NCBI GenBank assembly: GCA_963708255.1
Contig: CAVPSE010000002.1
Span: 1,461,842-1,525,841 of the forward strand
Origin: an uncultured Thermoplasmata archaeon
GTDB lineage: Archaea; Thermoplasmatota; Thermoplasmata; Lutacidiplasmatales; UBA184
Length of the DNA stretch: 64,000 bases
Reading direction: 5' to 3'
Both the position numbers and the translations under genes were made by a program. The notes beneath the pieces were generated by a model. It searched no databases and was not told the DNA's origin. It saw only the letters and a program-made list of their open reading frames with translations. Numbering within the stretch: the stretch's first letter is position 1; every line of letters starts with the position of its first letter. This document shows, one piece after another, positions 17,911 to 28,159 of this stretch.

Positions 17911-18746
17911 TTAGAGGCGGCCCGAGACGTCGAGCGCCACCGGGCAGTGCCCGTCCGGGGGTCGGGGGACCCGTCGATAGGAAGCCAGGATGTCGTCCCC
18001 CAGCTCCCAACGGCGCCCGGCCCAGGAGTTCAGCAATCGGACACCCGCGCGGGCCCCGGCGCCGGGGTGCACCGACGGGAGCTGCTGGATCACTGTCGAG
18101 CGGTCCGGAGCGAGGCTCTCGGCCCGGGCGAGAAGGTCGAGCTCCTGGCGGGAGAACTCGATCACGTGGCCAAAGACCGGGGCGCCTGCCCACGGGTACC
18201 GCCCGTTCTCCTTGATGGAGCGGCCCAGCACGAGCCGCAGCCGGTTCCCGACCCGCGCCTGGTTCGGCGTCGTCAAGAAGAACAGCCCACCGGGAGCAAG
18301 ATGGTCCCAGATCGCCCGGAACAGCCAGAGGGGGTTCACCAGGAGGTGCTCGAGGACCTCGACGAGCAGGATCGCGTCGTACCCCCCGGGGATCTCCTTC
18401 AGAGGGTCCGACCTCGTCAGGTCGACGGCGAACGTGTTCGCGACCCCTCGACGCTTGAGGGCCTCGAGGTGGGACCCCTCCGGCCGGAGTACTCGGCCAG
18501 GTCGTACGATCCTCCAAGCTGCGCGGCGAGCGCGACCGAGAGGCTCCCGACGCCTCCCCCGAGGTCGAGGACCTTTCGGCCGGCCCACGGGCCGTACGGC
18601 CGCAGGAAGGAGACGATGGAGGCGTACCGTCGCGCCTGGAACTCGAGGTAGGGCCAGCGCTCGCCCGGGAGCCCGGCGTCGGTCCAGAAGGCGCGGAGGA
18701 GGTCCGCGGATGTTGGCAGCGCCGCCGGCGGACGGGGATCGCTCAA
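17911..18746 (-). CDS. class I SAM-dependent methyltransferase (apparent frameshift about 18490)
   Basis: ORF 18417..18746 carries motif I VLDLGGGVGSLS. ORF 17911..18891 carries the remainder: GGYDAILLVEVLEHLLVNPLWLFRAIWDHLAPGGLFFLTTPN. Confidence 0.75.
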
Positions 18747-18829
18747 CGCGGGAGGCCGTAGCTCGTCCGATATCTAAGGTTCGGCGGCCAACCTCAACCC
18801 TTTTGAAGCGGCCGGCGCGTGGCCGCCGC

Positions 18830-19288
18830 GTGCCCGACGAGGAGCTCGATCCGATCCTCATCCAGGTGACGGTGCCCCTCCCCGTCCCCATGATCTACGG
18901 CGGGCTCACGGACCCGGCCCAGTTGGGTCAGTGGCTCTGTGATCGCGCCGAGGTGCAGGCGAAGGTCGGTGGCTCGTATGCGCTTCACTTCGACGACGAG
19001 CCGAAGTTCGCGAGCGCCGGTCACATCACCCAGATGACCCCGGACGTGGACCTGGATTTCACCTGGCTCGCCCCTCCGGCCTTCGCCGCGCTCCTCAACG
19101 AGCCCGAGCCGAAGACCCACGTCTACTTCCGGCTCCAGGAGAGCCCCGAAGGGGTCGACGTCACTCTCGAGCACCTCGGCTGGGGCGCCGGCTCCGACTG
19201 GGAGGAAGCGCGGTCCTGGCACTTCCACTTCTGGAACGAGCGCCTCCGCCGGTTCAAGGAGCACCTCCTGAAGGCGGCGTACGGGTAG
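18830..19288 (+). CDS. SRPBCC / AHSA1-like (START-fold) domain protein
   Basis: C-terminal part of ORF 17990..19288: PILIQVTVPLPVPMIYGGLTDPAQLGQWL...VYFRLQESPEGVDVTLEHLGW...WHFHFWNERLRRFKEHL. The start is GTG 18830, or TTG 18803 in the same frame. Confidence 0.7.
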   Translation: MPDEELDPILIQVTVPLPVPMIYGGLTDPAQLGQWLCDRAEVQAKVGGSYALHFDDEPKFASAGHITQMTPDVDLDFTWLAPPAFAALLNEPEPKTHVYFRLQESPEGVDVTLEHLGWGAGSDWEEARSWHFHFWNERLRRFKEHLLKAAYG

Positions 19289-19382
19289 GGGGCGGGACCT
19301 CTCCTCCCGGTCCGTTCGGCCCCACCGAACCGTCGCCCCATCGGATCTTGTACGACTCGGGCAGACCGGCGACGGCGCCGTG

Positions 19383-20953
19383 TCATGAGGTACCGGACCA
19401 GCCCCGCGACCACCAGTACCCGCGACCACGATCGAGGCCCCGAGCTCCACCTGGGCTCCGTGAAGGGCCCAGAAGCTCGGGGGGGCGGTCGCCACATTGA
19501 CGGTGAACGTCGCGTGGCCCCACGCGCCGCCCCCGGTGACATTGACCAGCAGAGTCATCACGGTAGGAACGGTCGGGGCGAGGAGCTGGGCCTGGAAGGT
19601 CCCGTTCGGTCCGGTGACCCCCTCGGTGGGAGACACCTGGCCCCCGACCGTCGGGGTCGTGACGACCAGGGTGGCCCCGGCCACCGTTCCCCCCGACGCG
19701 TCGGCGGCTCGCATCGTGAAGGTGAACTGGGCTCCGGGTGCGATCGTGCCGGGGAGGTCCGGCGCCGCCAGGAACACCTGGAGGGCCGGGAGCACGTCGA
19801 CAGCGGCGCCGGCGGTTCCCTCGTACCCGAAGAGGGTCACGGTGGCAGAGATCAGGTCCGAGGCGGCGACCGATACGTTCGGGAGCTCGATCGCTCCTTC
19901 CACGGTCCCGGTCCCGTCGGTGACCAACGGTTGGACGAGGGAGCTGCCACCGAGGGCGTCGCCGAGGGCGAGCGAGACCCCGGGGATCGGCGCCCCGACC
20001 GTGTCGTCGACCGTGAGGGTGACAAACAAGGGGGTGGTGCCCACCCCGGAGCTCCCGGAGAGGCTCACGCCGACCCGGACGGGGGCCACGCCCCCGCTCC
20101 AAAGCCCGGTTCCGTTGGGCAGCGGGGCGACCGAGGTGCCCGAGTCGATCTCCCCCGGCGCGAGGGTCGGGTGCTGCGCCCGGCCTTCCACCCCCCAGGG
20201 GCTCCCGCCCGAGCCGGCGAAGCTGGTCGAGGCCGACATCGGTAGGTACCAACCGCTCGCTCCTCGGACCGCTAGCGTGAGCGGGACGTTGACGACCGCC
20301 GGGACCGGGGTGACCGAGCCGTAGAACGCGATCTCACTGAAGAGGAGACCGCCGGCCCAGGTCGCTTGGGAGGCCCCGAAGTCGAAGTGGGCAAGGGAGT
20401 CGTTCGCCCCGAACTCCTCCCCATTGACCGTCAGTTCCCAGGCGGTCGAGTTCACGGAGACCAGTTCGAAGTCGTAGGAGAGCCCGTCGATGAGAGGGAG
20501 GCTGCTCCAGTTCTCTGTCAGGACCGGGGCATCGGTGCTGTTGTTGAAGACGTAGAAGAACGCGACCGGGAACGTCCTGGTGTTCTCGAACACTCCGAAG
20601 ACCGCGTCGAAGCCGCCGATCGTCTCCGTCGCACTGATCTGGAAGGATGTGTCGGCCGGCAGGGTATCCGCGGAGTACACCGTGATGTTGGTGCGGAGGC
20701 CGGAGTTGGGAAGGGCGAGGGGGTCCGGGGTCGAGACGAGCAGCTTCCCGGTGGCGCCTGCGGCGGCGGGATCCATCACGGCTGGCACCAGGTGACCGGC
20801 AGCCACGGTCGCCAGGGCCGGGGTAGCCCGTTCCGGACCGGTGGCCGCCGGGACACCCGCCGTGAGGAGGGCTCCGCCCACCACCAGAAGAGCGAGCGCG
20901 ACGACGGCCGTCGCCCCAGGCTCCATCTCGCCGAACAGGGCCGGACCCTTCAA
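19383..20953 (-). CDS. secreted/membrane-anchored surface protein with Ig-like repeats (3' end uncertain, apparent frameshift about 19430)
   Basis: ORF 18794..20953 has an N-terminal TM/signal segment (ATAVVALALLVVGGALL), sequons and repeated beta-rich segments. A C-terminal TM plus an Arg cluster (VLVVAGLVRYLMTRRRRR) appears only after a frame change. The ORF-track tail runs antisense through the SRPBCC gene. Confidence 0.6.
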
Positions 20954-21256
20954 GTAGGTTTACGGGGCGAGGCGGGCCGGCGGCCCCCGCGAGAACGCCG
21001 CGCAGCCCGGGGATCCGCAGATCGCACAGGGACCGGAGGGATCGAGGCGGAACCCGCCCACGGACCCCGAGGCTCCGAGGGGAAGCACCCGCATATGGGC
21101 CCCGGGCAGGTGACCGCACCGGCATGCCACCGGCGACGCGGTGGGCGGCGATGGAGGAGGGGACGCGCCGCCCACGACGCTCCGCACGCGCTCCGCTTCT
21201 TAAGTCGCCGGCCCCGGCCGAAAGCCGTTAACGCCAACTCCGCCTCGCAATCGCCG

Positions 21257-21964
21257 ATGGCCGGAACGGCGGCGCCGGGGGCCTGTCCCATCCCCGACGA
21301 CCGACTCTACGATGTGGAGACCGACGTCTGGGTGAAGCCAGGGCCGGGGGACCGGACGGCCCTCCTGGGGCTGACGGCCCCGATCGTCTCCTTCGCGGGG
21401 CGGTTCGAGAGGGTGGGGTACCGCCCCCAGGACGAGTTCCCCGAGCGGGGCCATAGCGTGGCCACGGTGGAGTCGACCCGGTACACCGGCCCCGTCCGGG
21501 TCCCGGTGCGTGGCCGCGTCGTTCGCCGCAACGATCGTCTCGTCGCCCGGCCGAAGCTCCTCAACGACGCGCCTTACGACGCTGGGTGGGTGGTCGAACT
21601 CGAGCTCGTCGATCCGACCGAGCTCGCCCGGTTCCTGATGCGGGCCGCGGAGGCCCGGCGTGCCTACGGTCCCCGGATCATCGAGCTGCGGGTCCACTGT
21701 CTGCCCGCCGCCCCCGACACCGAGATGTACGAGATCGGGGCCGAGTGCTCGGCGATCCTGGCGCGCTTGGACGAGGAGATCGCGCGGCGCGCGCCCCACG
21801 ATGTGGTGCTGCTGGTGACCGATGACCCCACGTCGCCGATCGAGATGGTGCGGTGGGCCGACCGGACCGGGCACACGGTCCTTCACTCGGACCGGGAGGG
21901 AACGCTGTACCGGTTCCTCGTCCGCCGGGAACCGGACCCCCACCCGCGAGCGCGGGGGCGCTAG
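21257..21964 (+). CDS. GcvH-like domain (lipoyl-lysine replaced by Arg) fused to a TusA/SirA-like sulfur-carrier domain
   Basis: MAGTAAPGACPIPDDRLYDVETDVWVKPG...ATVESTRYTGPVRVPVRGRVVRRNDRL...APYDAGWVVELE matches GcvH (ESVK becomes ESTR). The C-terminus IGAECSAILARLDEEI...VVLLVTDDPTSPIEMVRWADRTGHTVL...LYRFLVRR matches TusA with its Cys retained. Confidence 0.75.
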   Translation: MAGTAAPGACPIPDDRLYDVETDVWVKPGPGDRTALLGLTAPIVSFAGRFERVGYRPQDEFPERGHSVATVESTRYTGPVRVPVRGRVVRRNDRLVARPKLLNDAPYDAGWVVELELVDPTELARFLMRAAEARRAYGPRIIELRVHCLPAAPDTEMYEIGAECSAILARLDEEIARRAPHDVVLLVTDDPTSPIEMVRWADRTGHTVLHSDREGTLYRFLVRREPDPHPRARGR

Positions 21965-21968
21965 GCCC

Positions 21969-22826
21969 CTACGGCTTTTCGATGGGGCTGCGGATGATGT
22001 TCCCCCACTCGGTCCAGGACCCATCGTAGTTCCGGACGTCGGGGTATCCGAGCAGGTACGTCAGCACGAACCAGGTGTGGCTCGAGCGCTCGCCGATCCG
22101 GCAGTAGGTGACCACGGGCTTGTCCCCGGTGACGCCTTTCCCATGGTAGAGCGTCTCGAGCTCCTCCCGGGCCTTGAACGTCCCGTCGTCGTTGATCGCC
22201 TGGGCCCACGGGACGTTCCTCGCGCCCGGGATGTGCCCGCCCCGCTGGGCGTGCTCGTTCGGGTACTCCGGCGGGGCCGTCACCTCGCCCGTGAACTCCT
22301 TGGGACCGCGGACGTCCACAAAGACCATCTCGCCCGCCCGGACCTTCGGGAGCTGCGCGCGCACCTGCTCGTAGTAGGCCCGGAGCGCCTCGTTGGGCGG
22401 CTTCGCCGCCAGGCTGCCCGGGGGGTAGCTGGGCTCCTCCTTGACCAGCGGGCGGTCCTCGGCGATCCACTTCTTGCGGCCGCCGTTCATGATCCGGACA
22501 TCCGTGACCCCGTAGTACTTGAACACCCAGAAGGCGAAGGCGGCGAACCAGTTGTTGAAGTCCCCGTAGAGGACCAGTGTCGTGTCGGTCTGGACCCCCG
22601 CCCGCTCGAACAACTTCGACAGAGCGGCCTCGCTCACCAGGTCCCGGGCGGTCGGGTCATTGATGTCCAGTCGCCAGTCGAACAGGACCGAGCCGGGGAC
22701 GTGCCCGATCCGGTAGTTGGCCGCGGCGTCGTAGTCGACCTCCGCGATCCGGACCTTCGGGTCCGTCAGGTGATGGGCGACCCAGTCGGTATCGACGAGG
22801 ACCTCAGGGTGGGCATACGAGCTCAT
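21969..22826 (-). CDS. thiosulfate/3-mercaptopyruvate sulfurtransferase (tandem rhodanese, SseA-like)
   Basis: Intact 285 aa with two rhodanese domains and the active-site loop CRIGERS. Confidence 0.88.
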   Translation of the reverse strand: MSSYAHPEVLVDTDWVAHHLTDPKVRIAEVDYDAAANYRIGHVPGSVLFDWRLDINDPTARDLVSEAALSKLFERAGVQTDTTLVLYGDFNNWFAAFAFWVFKYYGVTDVRIMNGGRKKWIAEDRPLVKEEPSYPPGSLAAKPPNEALRAYYEQVRAQLPKVRAGEMVFVDVRGPKEFTGEVTAPPEYPNEHAQRGGHIPGARNVPWAQAINDDGTFKAREELETLYHGKGVTGDKPVVTYCRIGERSSHTWFVLTYLLGYPDVRNYDGSWTEWGNIIRSPIEKP

Positions 22827-22914
22827 GGGGACTCCGAGCCGGTCGATGCCCGATGCGATATAATCGCACCGGGGCGCGCATATTCCGCCGGACCGGCGCC
22901 GGCCCCGCGCGTCC

Positions 22915-23230
22915 CTAGTGCCGTCCGCGCTTCGGCAGCTGGGCGTTGGATACTTCCACGGTCTCCGGATCGAACCCGAGCCGTCGGAGCTCGTCCTTGA
23001 TCCTGCGACCGGTGGTCCCCCTGCAGGTAGACCTCCCCGTCGACCACGGAGCCCCCCGTGGCGAGCCGGTTCTTCAACGACCGGGTCGTCTCCTCGAGGT
23101 CCACCCCGGGTGGAAATCCTGAGATGACGGTGGCCGGCTTGTTGTACCGGCGGGGCTCGGCCCGCACGCGGATCCGGGCGGTCTCACGGTCGAGCGCGCT
23201 GAGGATCTCGTCGAACTCGTCGTTCCCCAT
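22915..23230 (-). CDS. translation initiation factor aSUI1/eIF1 (apparent frameshift about 23005)
   Basis: MGNDEFDEILSALDRETARIRVRAEPRRYNKPATVISGFP...GGSVVDGEVYLQGDHR continues in another frame as RIKDELRRLGFDPETVEVSNAQLPKRGRH, with the stop at 22915. Confidence 0.8.
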
Positions 23231-23411
23231 CGATGCGGTACTTCCTAACGGAGCGGTGCGCGGCAGGGTCCGGGATCGCCCCGTGCGGGGAACCACGAAC
23301 GGTCCCCGACGTGAGCGGCCCTGTTCTCGAACGCGGGACGGGACGAACGCACCAGTCTATCGACGGCGGCAGATGGCTTGAACGTTGCGGGTCGCACGGG
23401 GGGTGCCGCCC

Positions 23412-24179
23412 CTACGCCTCGCGCCACCGGTAGAGCCGGATCGCGACGACGCTCCCGACCCCCGCGCAGACGAGGAGCAGGCCCGCGTCGATCAGCATCT
23501 CGTCGGGGGTCTGGGCCGTGATCCCGAAGGCGCCCTGGACGAGCAGCGCGGCGTACGTGGCGGGGAGGAAGCGGGCCGCGCCCTGGATCACGGGGGGAAG
23601 GTAGCTGAGCGGGTAGTAGAGCGGCGAGAGCATTCCCAGCACGGTGAAGGTGAGGTTCCCGACGGGCCAGATCTCGCGCTGGCTCCGTACCCGGCTCGAG
23701 ATCGCGATCCCGATCGAAGAGAAGAGCAACCAGAGGACGAGGATGCTCCCGAGGAGGACCACCCAGGCGTACCATGGGACCGGGCGACCGATCGTCGCGG
23801 CCAGGAGGACCGCGAGGATGGCGAGAGCCGGTGCCGCCGGGATCAGGTTGGAGAACGCGACCCCGAACAGGTAGCGGAGCTTCCCCAGCGGGGAGGCGAC
23901 GAACATGTCCTGGAGCGAGTTCTCGATCCGCCAGGTGGCACTGTCGCCGAGCACCCAGCTGCCGATGTTCTGGGTCGTGAACAGCATCGCCCCGATCACC
24001 TCCAGCGGGAACAGGTTGGGCGGAGAGATCAGGTGGAGGAAGTACAGGAAGATGAACGGCAGCATGATCGGGGCGATGGTGGAGGCAGGGTTGCGGCTGA
24101 CCCACCGCCAGCCGATGAGCGCGAACGCCGGCAACGAGCGCCCCTCGACAGGCACCTCCGAGGTCGCGACGGCCGGCAT
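23412..24179 (-). CDS. ABC-2 type transporter permease
   Basis: Internal ATG (MPAVATSEV...) of ORF 23412..24299. Six TM helices. It directly follows the stop of the upstream permease gene. Confidence 0.75.
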   Translation of the reverse strand: MPAVATSEVPVEGRSLPAFALIGWRWVSRNPASTIAPIMLPFIFLYFLHLISPPNLFPLEVIGAMLFTTQNIGSWVLGDSATWRIENSLQDMFVASPLGKLRYLFGVAFSNLIPAAPALAILAVLLAATIGRPVPWYAWVVLLGSILVLWLLFSSIGIAISSRVRSQREIWPVGNLTFTVLGMLSPLYYPLSYLPPVIQGAARFLPATYAALLVQGAFGITAQTPDEMLIDAGLLLVCAGVGSVVAIRLYRWREA

Positions 24180-24180
24180 C

Positions 24181-24934
24181 TCAGCGCTCCATGGCGGTCC
24201 GGCGCGCCCAGTAGAGCGCGAACGCGAAGAGGGCGGCCCCCTCGATGGCGAGGGACCCGACGGCGAGCGCCACCTCCCCCGGTGAGAGCGTGACCACACC
24301 GATGGACGCCTGGAGGAGCGCCGTCGCGGCGCTCGGAGGCATCACCAGAGCGACCGGGCGCAGGGCGGCCGGGAACAGGTAGAGGGGGTAGAACACCGGC
24401 GGCAGCACCCCGAACAGGTTGTACAGGATCGACGCCTGGGACCAGATGGCCCGCATGTCCCGGAACGTGGTCGACAGGATGTACCCGAGCGACGAGGTGA
24501 ACACCCAGACGGCGAACCCGGTGGCGACCAGAAGCCCCACGAGCCCGGGAGTGAACGGGATCGTCACGACGGCGACCGCCGACCAGCAGGAGGATCGGGA
24601 GCGAGTACGCCATCAGCACGCCGACCGAGATCCCGACGAAGTAGCTGTCCGGGGTCAGCGGAGAGGCGAGGTACAGCTGGTTCAGCCGGTGGTCGACCCG
24701 GATGTAGGCCGCCTCGTTCAGCACCCGCTGCCCGAGGGTGAAGACCGAGAAGATCAGGGATCCCAAGAGGGCGATCTCGAACAGCGACGGTGCGAGGATC
24801 CGGACGAAGATCAGCAGGACCGCCTGGGTCATGATCGAGGTGAAGATCGCGATCCCCTCGTGAAGCTGGACCCGGAACTCCGTCAGGGAGAACGCGGCGG
24901 CGCCGCGGAGTCGCGGGAGCGGGAACGCGGACAT
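24181..24934 (-). CDS. ABC-2 type transporter permease (apparent frameshift about 24575)
   Basis: The N-terminal half is in ORF 24029..24934 (MSAFPLPRLRGAAAFSLTEFRVQLHEGIAIFTSIMTQAVLLIF...). The C-terminal half is in ORF 24181..24567. Confidence 0.7.
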
Positions 24935-24937
24935 CGT

Positions 24938-25864
24938 CTAGTCCTCGTCGATGGAGTGGCCCACCGCGCTGAGGAACGCTTCCTCGAGGGTCACCGGACC
25001 CACCGTCGCGGTGAGGTGCTCCCGGACGGCCAGGTTGAGCAGCTCCGTCAGCGCGGGGGGTTCGATCAGCACATGGACGGTCTCGCCGTCCGTGACGACC
25101 CGGCCGAACCCCTGGAGCGTCGGGACGAGGGGCTGGCCCCCTGGGAGAGAGACCCGGAGGCTGCCCCCGACCTGCTGCTTCAGCGAGGCGGCGGTCCCCT
25201 CGACGAGCACCCGCCCCCGCTCGACGATATAGAGCCGTTCGGAGAGGGCATCCGCTTCGTCGAGGTAGTGGGTCGTCAGGAGGATGGTGGACCCCTGGCG
25301 GCTGAGCCGGCGGAGCGTCTGCCAGACCGCCCGACGGGCGAACGGGTCCATCCCGATGGTCGGTTCGTCCAGGAACAGGACCGGCGCCTGGGTCGCGATC
25401 ACCGTCGCCACCATCGTCCGCTGGCGCTGTCCACCGGAAAGGGTGATCGAGAGGCGGTCGGCGACCTCGGAGAGCCCCATCTCGCCCAGGGCCTCGGTGG
25501 TCCGGGAGGTCGCCGTCGTCCGGTCGAGGCCTCGGGACCGGAGGTACGTGTACACCTGCTCGCGTGGGGTGAGGTGGAAGAACGGTTTCCCCTCCTGGGG
25601 GACCACGGCGATGTGGGGCCGGACCGAGTCCGGATCGTGCAGGACGTCGTGGCCGAGGACCTCGACGGTCCCCGAGGTGGCGGTGAGCAGCGTGGAGGCG
25701 ATCTTCAGGAAGGTGGTCTTTCCCGCCCCGTTCCGGCCGAGGAGCGCGACCCGTTCGCCCGGGTGGGCGACCATGGAGACCCCGGAGAGGGCCTCCACTT
25801 CGGGGGCCCCGCGGGTCCGGTACGTCTTTCGGACGTCCCGGGCGAGGAGCGCTTCGACGGGCAT
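24938..25864 (-). CDS. ABC transporter ATP-binding protein
   Basis: Walker A GRNGAGKTT, signature LSGGQRQR, Walker B VLFLDEPTIGMD. Intact 308 aa. Confidence 0.9.
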   Translation of the reverse strand: MPVEALLARDVRKTYRTRGAPEVEALSGVSMVAHPGERVALLGRNGAGKTTFLKIASTLLTATSGTVEVLGHDVLHDPDSVRPHIAVVPQEGKPFFHLTPREQVYTYLRSRGLDRTTATSRTTEALGEMGLSEVADRLSITLSGGQRQRTMVATVIATQAPVLFLDEPTIGMDPFARRAVWQTLRRLSRQGSTILLTTHYLDEADALSERLYIVERGRVLVEGTAASLKQQVGGSLRVSLPGGQPLVPTLQGFGRVVTDGETVHVLIEPPALTELLNLAVREHLTATVGPVTLEEAFLSAVGHSIDED

Positions 25865-25915
25865 GGCCCGACCGAGTTTCGGGGGGGTTATCTGAGTCCG
25901 ACGACCGGCGGGCGA

Positions 25916-27645
25916 CTACGGGAGAGGTGGCCCCGTGTTCCCGGTCGGCTCCTCCTCGGAGACTCCATCGATCTCGAGGGGGCGGAGCGCCGGTCCCCGT
26001 TCCCTCCGCGAGCGGGTTCACCGGCCAGGACTCGACCCGCCAGCAGAGCTTCGAGAGCCCACGGCTCACCGACCGGGGCAGCCCGAGGGCCCCGACGATC
26101 AGCTCGACGTCCTTCTTCGACAGCTCCCCGACCGCCGCGAGGACGAACGCGTACACGGTGAACCCGAGGACCACCCCCGCCCCGAGCTGATAGTACCTGG
26201 CGACCGGGATGTGCGAGTTGAACTGGGCCACCACGAGGAAGCTCACGACCGCCGAGATCGTCAGGGTGGCCACCGAGCGGAGGTGGATCCGGACCCCCAG
26301 CAGGCGTTCCATGAAGTAGGTGTTCACGGCGAGCGCCGCGATCGCCGAGAGCAGGACCGCGGTGCCGGCGGCGTTGTAGCCGTTGAGACCCCCCACGTTC
26401 ACCGGCCGCATCAGGAGGCCGCACGCCGCGAGCAGGACGGCGAACTGGACCGAGGTGAGGTAGAGCTCGAGGCGCTGGCGGCCCACCGAGTTGAGCGCCG
26501 TTCCGATGATCTGGCTCAACGACGCGGGCACGGCCGAGACCGCGAGCAGCGCAAGGCAGGTGGCCGCGCCCGGTGTACGTCCCCGCGTAGAGGGTGTTCT
26601 CGAAATTGACCCGGTAGATCACCAGCGTCATAGCGGTGGGGATCGCAACCATCGCAGTGTACCGCAGCGCGGCCCACGTCCGGTGTCGGAGGACCTCGTA
26701 GTCCCGCCGGTGGTGGAGCCCCGTCAGGTGGGGAAACAGCGGCACGGCGACCGCGCTCGGGATCGCCAGCGCGAGGATCCGGAACCCGTTGGCGGACAGG
26801 AAGACATTGTAGGCCCCGGTCCCGTAGTCGGCGACGACAATGAACTGGATCAGCGTTGTCGCGAAGTAGAGGAGCAATAAGCTCCCCATCAGCGGCCAGG
26901 CGAACCCGAAGAGACGCTTCGCCACCCCCCCGCTGAACGCGCGGGTGTAGCGCCACACCGCCGGAAAGGAGTACACCGCCGACGCGGCGGCGCCGACGAG
27001 GTAGCAGAGGGTGATGGGAAGAAGGAGAGTGGAGAAGGCCGTCGTGGCGAGGGAAAGCGATCCAACCGCCACGAAAGTAAGGGCGGCGACCCGTACGACC
27101 GACTCGACGAGGCTGGGCACCTGGCCGTACGTCGATCTCCCCTGAGCCGCCAGGAGCTGGCTGTACACCGTCGAAACCGACCAGAGGACCGGGAGGAGCA
27201 TCCAGAGCGAGAAGATCCCGATGTCCTGCGAGGTGGTCCACCCGGCGGGGGCCGCCACGGCGAGCACCGCGGCCCCCGCGATCGCCACCATCACGAACCG
27301 CAGTACGAGGTAGGTACCGGTACCCACCTCGGGCTTCTCGCCCCGGGCCACGAAGAAGACGAACGCGGTTCCCACCCGAAGGTCCCCGACCATATTGATC
27401 GACGAGGCGATCAGCAGGAACAGCTGGAAGGTGCCGAGCACCGCCTGGCCGGGGTAGCCACCTGTGGCCCCCGCCGCGGAGCCGACGTGCTGGGCGAAGA
27501 AATGGGTCGGGAGGTACCCGAGCAGCTGGATCGCGATGGTGATGACGAACACCCCGGTCGAGCTCAGGCCGACGCTCCCGAACCGAGAAGGGGGTCGAGT
27601 GGGCGGGGGGGCGGGGTCGTTGGATGCCGGCGGTTCACCCGTCAC
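25916..27645 (-). pseudogene. MOP-superfamily (Wzx/polysaccharide biosynthesis-type) flippase (two apparent frameshifts, about 26540 and about 25990)
   Basis: ORF 25888..27645 gives about 10 TM helices. ORF 24564..26531 continues with ASLSQIIGTALNSVGRQRLELYLTSVQFAVLLAAC... A third frame gives the acidic tail LRPLEIDGVSEEEPTGNTGPPLP, with the stop at 25916. Confidence 0.65.
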
Positions 27646-27714
27646 GCGGACTCAGCGGAGGGACGCCGGCTCCGCCTCATATAGCCCCGTCCCGACCCGC
27701 CGCGGTCGGTCCGG

Positions 27715-28116
27715 CTAGTCGACCGCCTGGGAGGTCGGCGGTAGGTCGGAACCATTGGGCTCCTGGAGCTCGATCCACACGCCATCCGGGTCCGACAAGA
27801 ACACCAGGCGGAAACCCCCCTCCACGAACGCGGGGATCCGTATCCGGGCCCCCAGAGCGACCAGGCGGGCCGTCACGGTCGGAAGGTCCCGGACCTTGAA
27901 CCCGAGGTGATCGAGCTCGTCCCCCTCCCGGTAAGGCGGGTCGCCGGGGTAGAAGTTGAGCTCGAGCTGGGCGTGGCTCTCCGGGTCCACCAGCTCCTCC
28001 CAGATCCCCCCGGCCGCCATCCGCCCGCGCCGTTGGAAGACGAGGCCGAGCCCCTCGCAGTAGAACCGGCGCGACCGGTCGAGGTCGCGGACCCGGATCC
28101 CCGTGTACTCGAGCAT
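27715..28116 (-). CDS. VOC/glyoxalase-family protein
   Basis: Intact 133 aa: MLEYTGIRVRDLDRSRRFYCEGLGL...HLGFKVRDL...FLSDPDGVWIELQE. Confidence 0.8.
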   Translation of the reverse strand: MLEYTGIRVRDLDRSRRFYCEGLGLVFQRRGRMAAGGIWEELVDPESHAQLELNFYPGDPPYREGDELDHLGFKVRDLPTVTARLVALGARIRIPAFVEGGFRLVFLSDPDGVWIELQEPNGSDLPPTSQAVD

Positions 28117-28159
28117 CGCCCCGGCGACGCTCCGGGCTATATCGGACCTCGGGGCGGGC

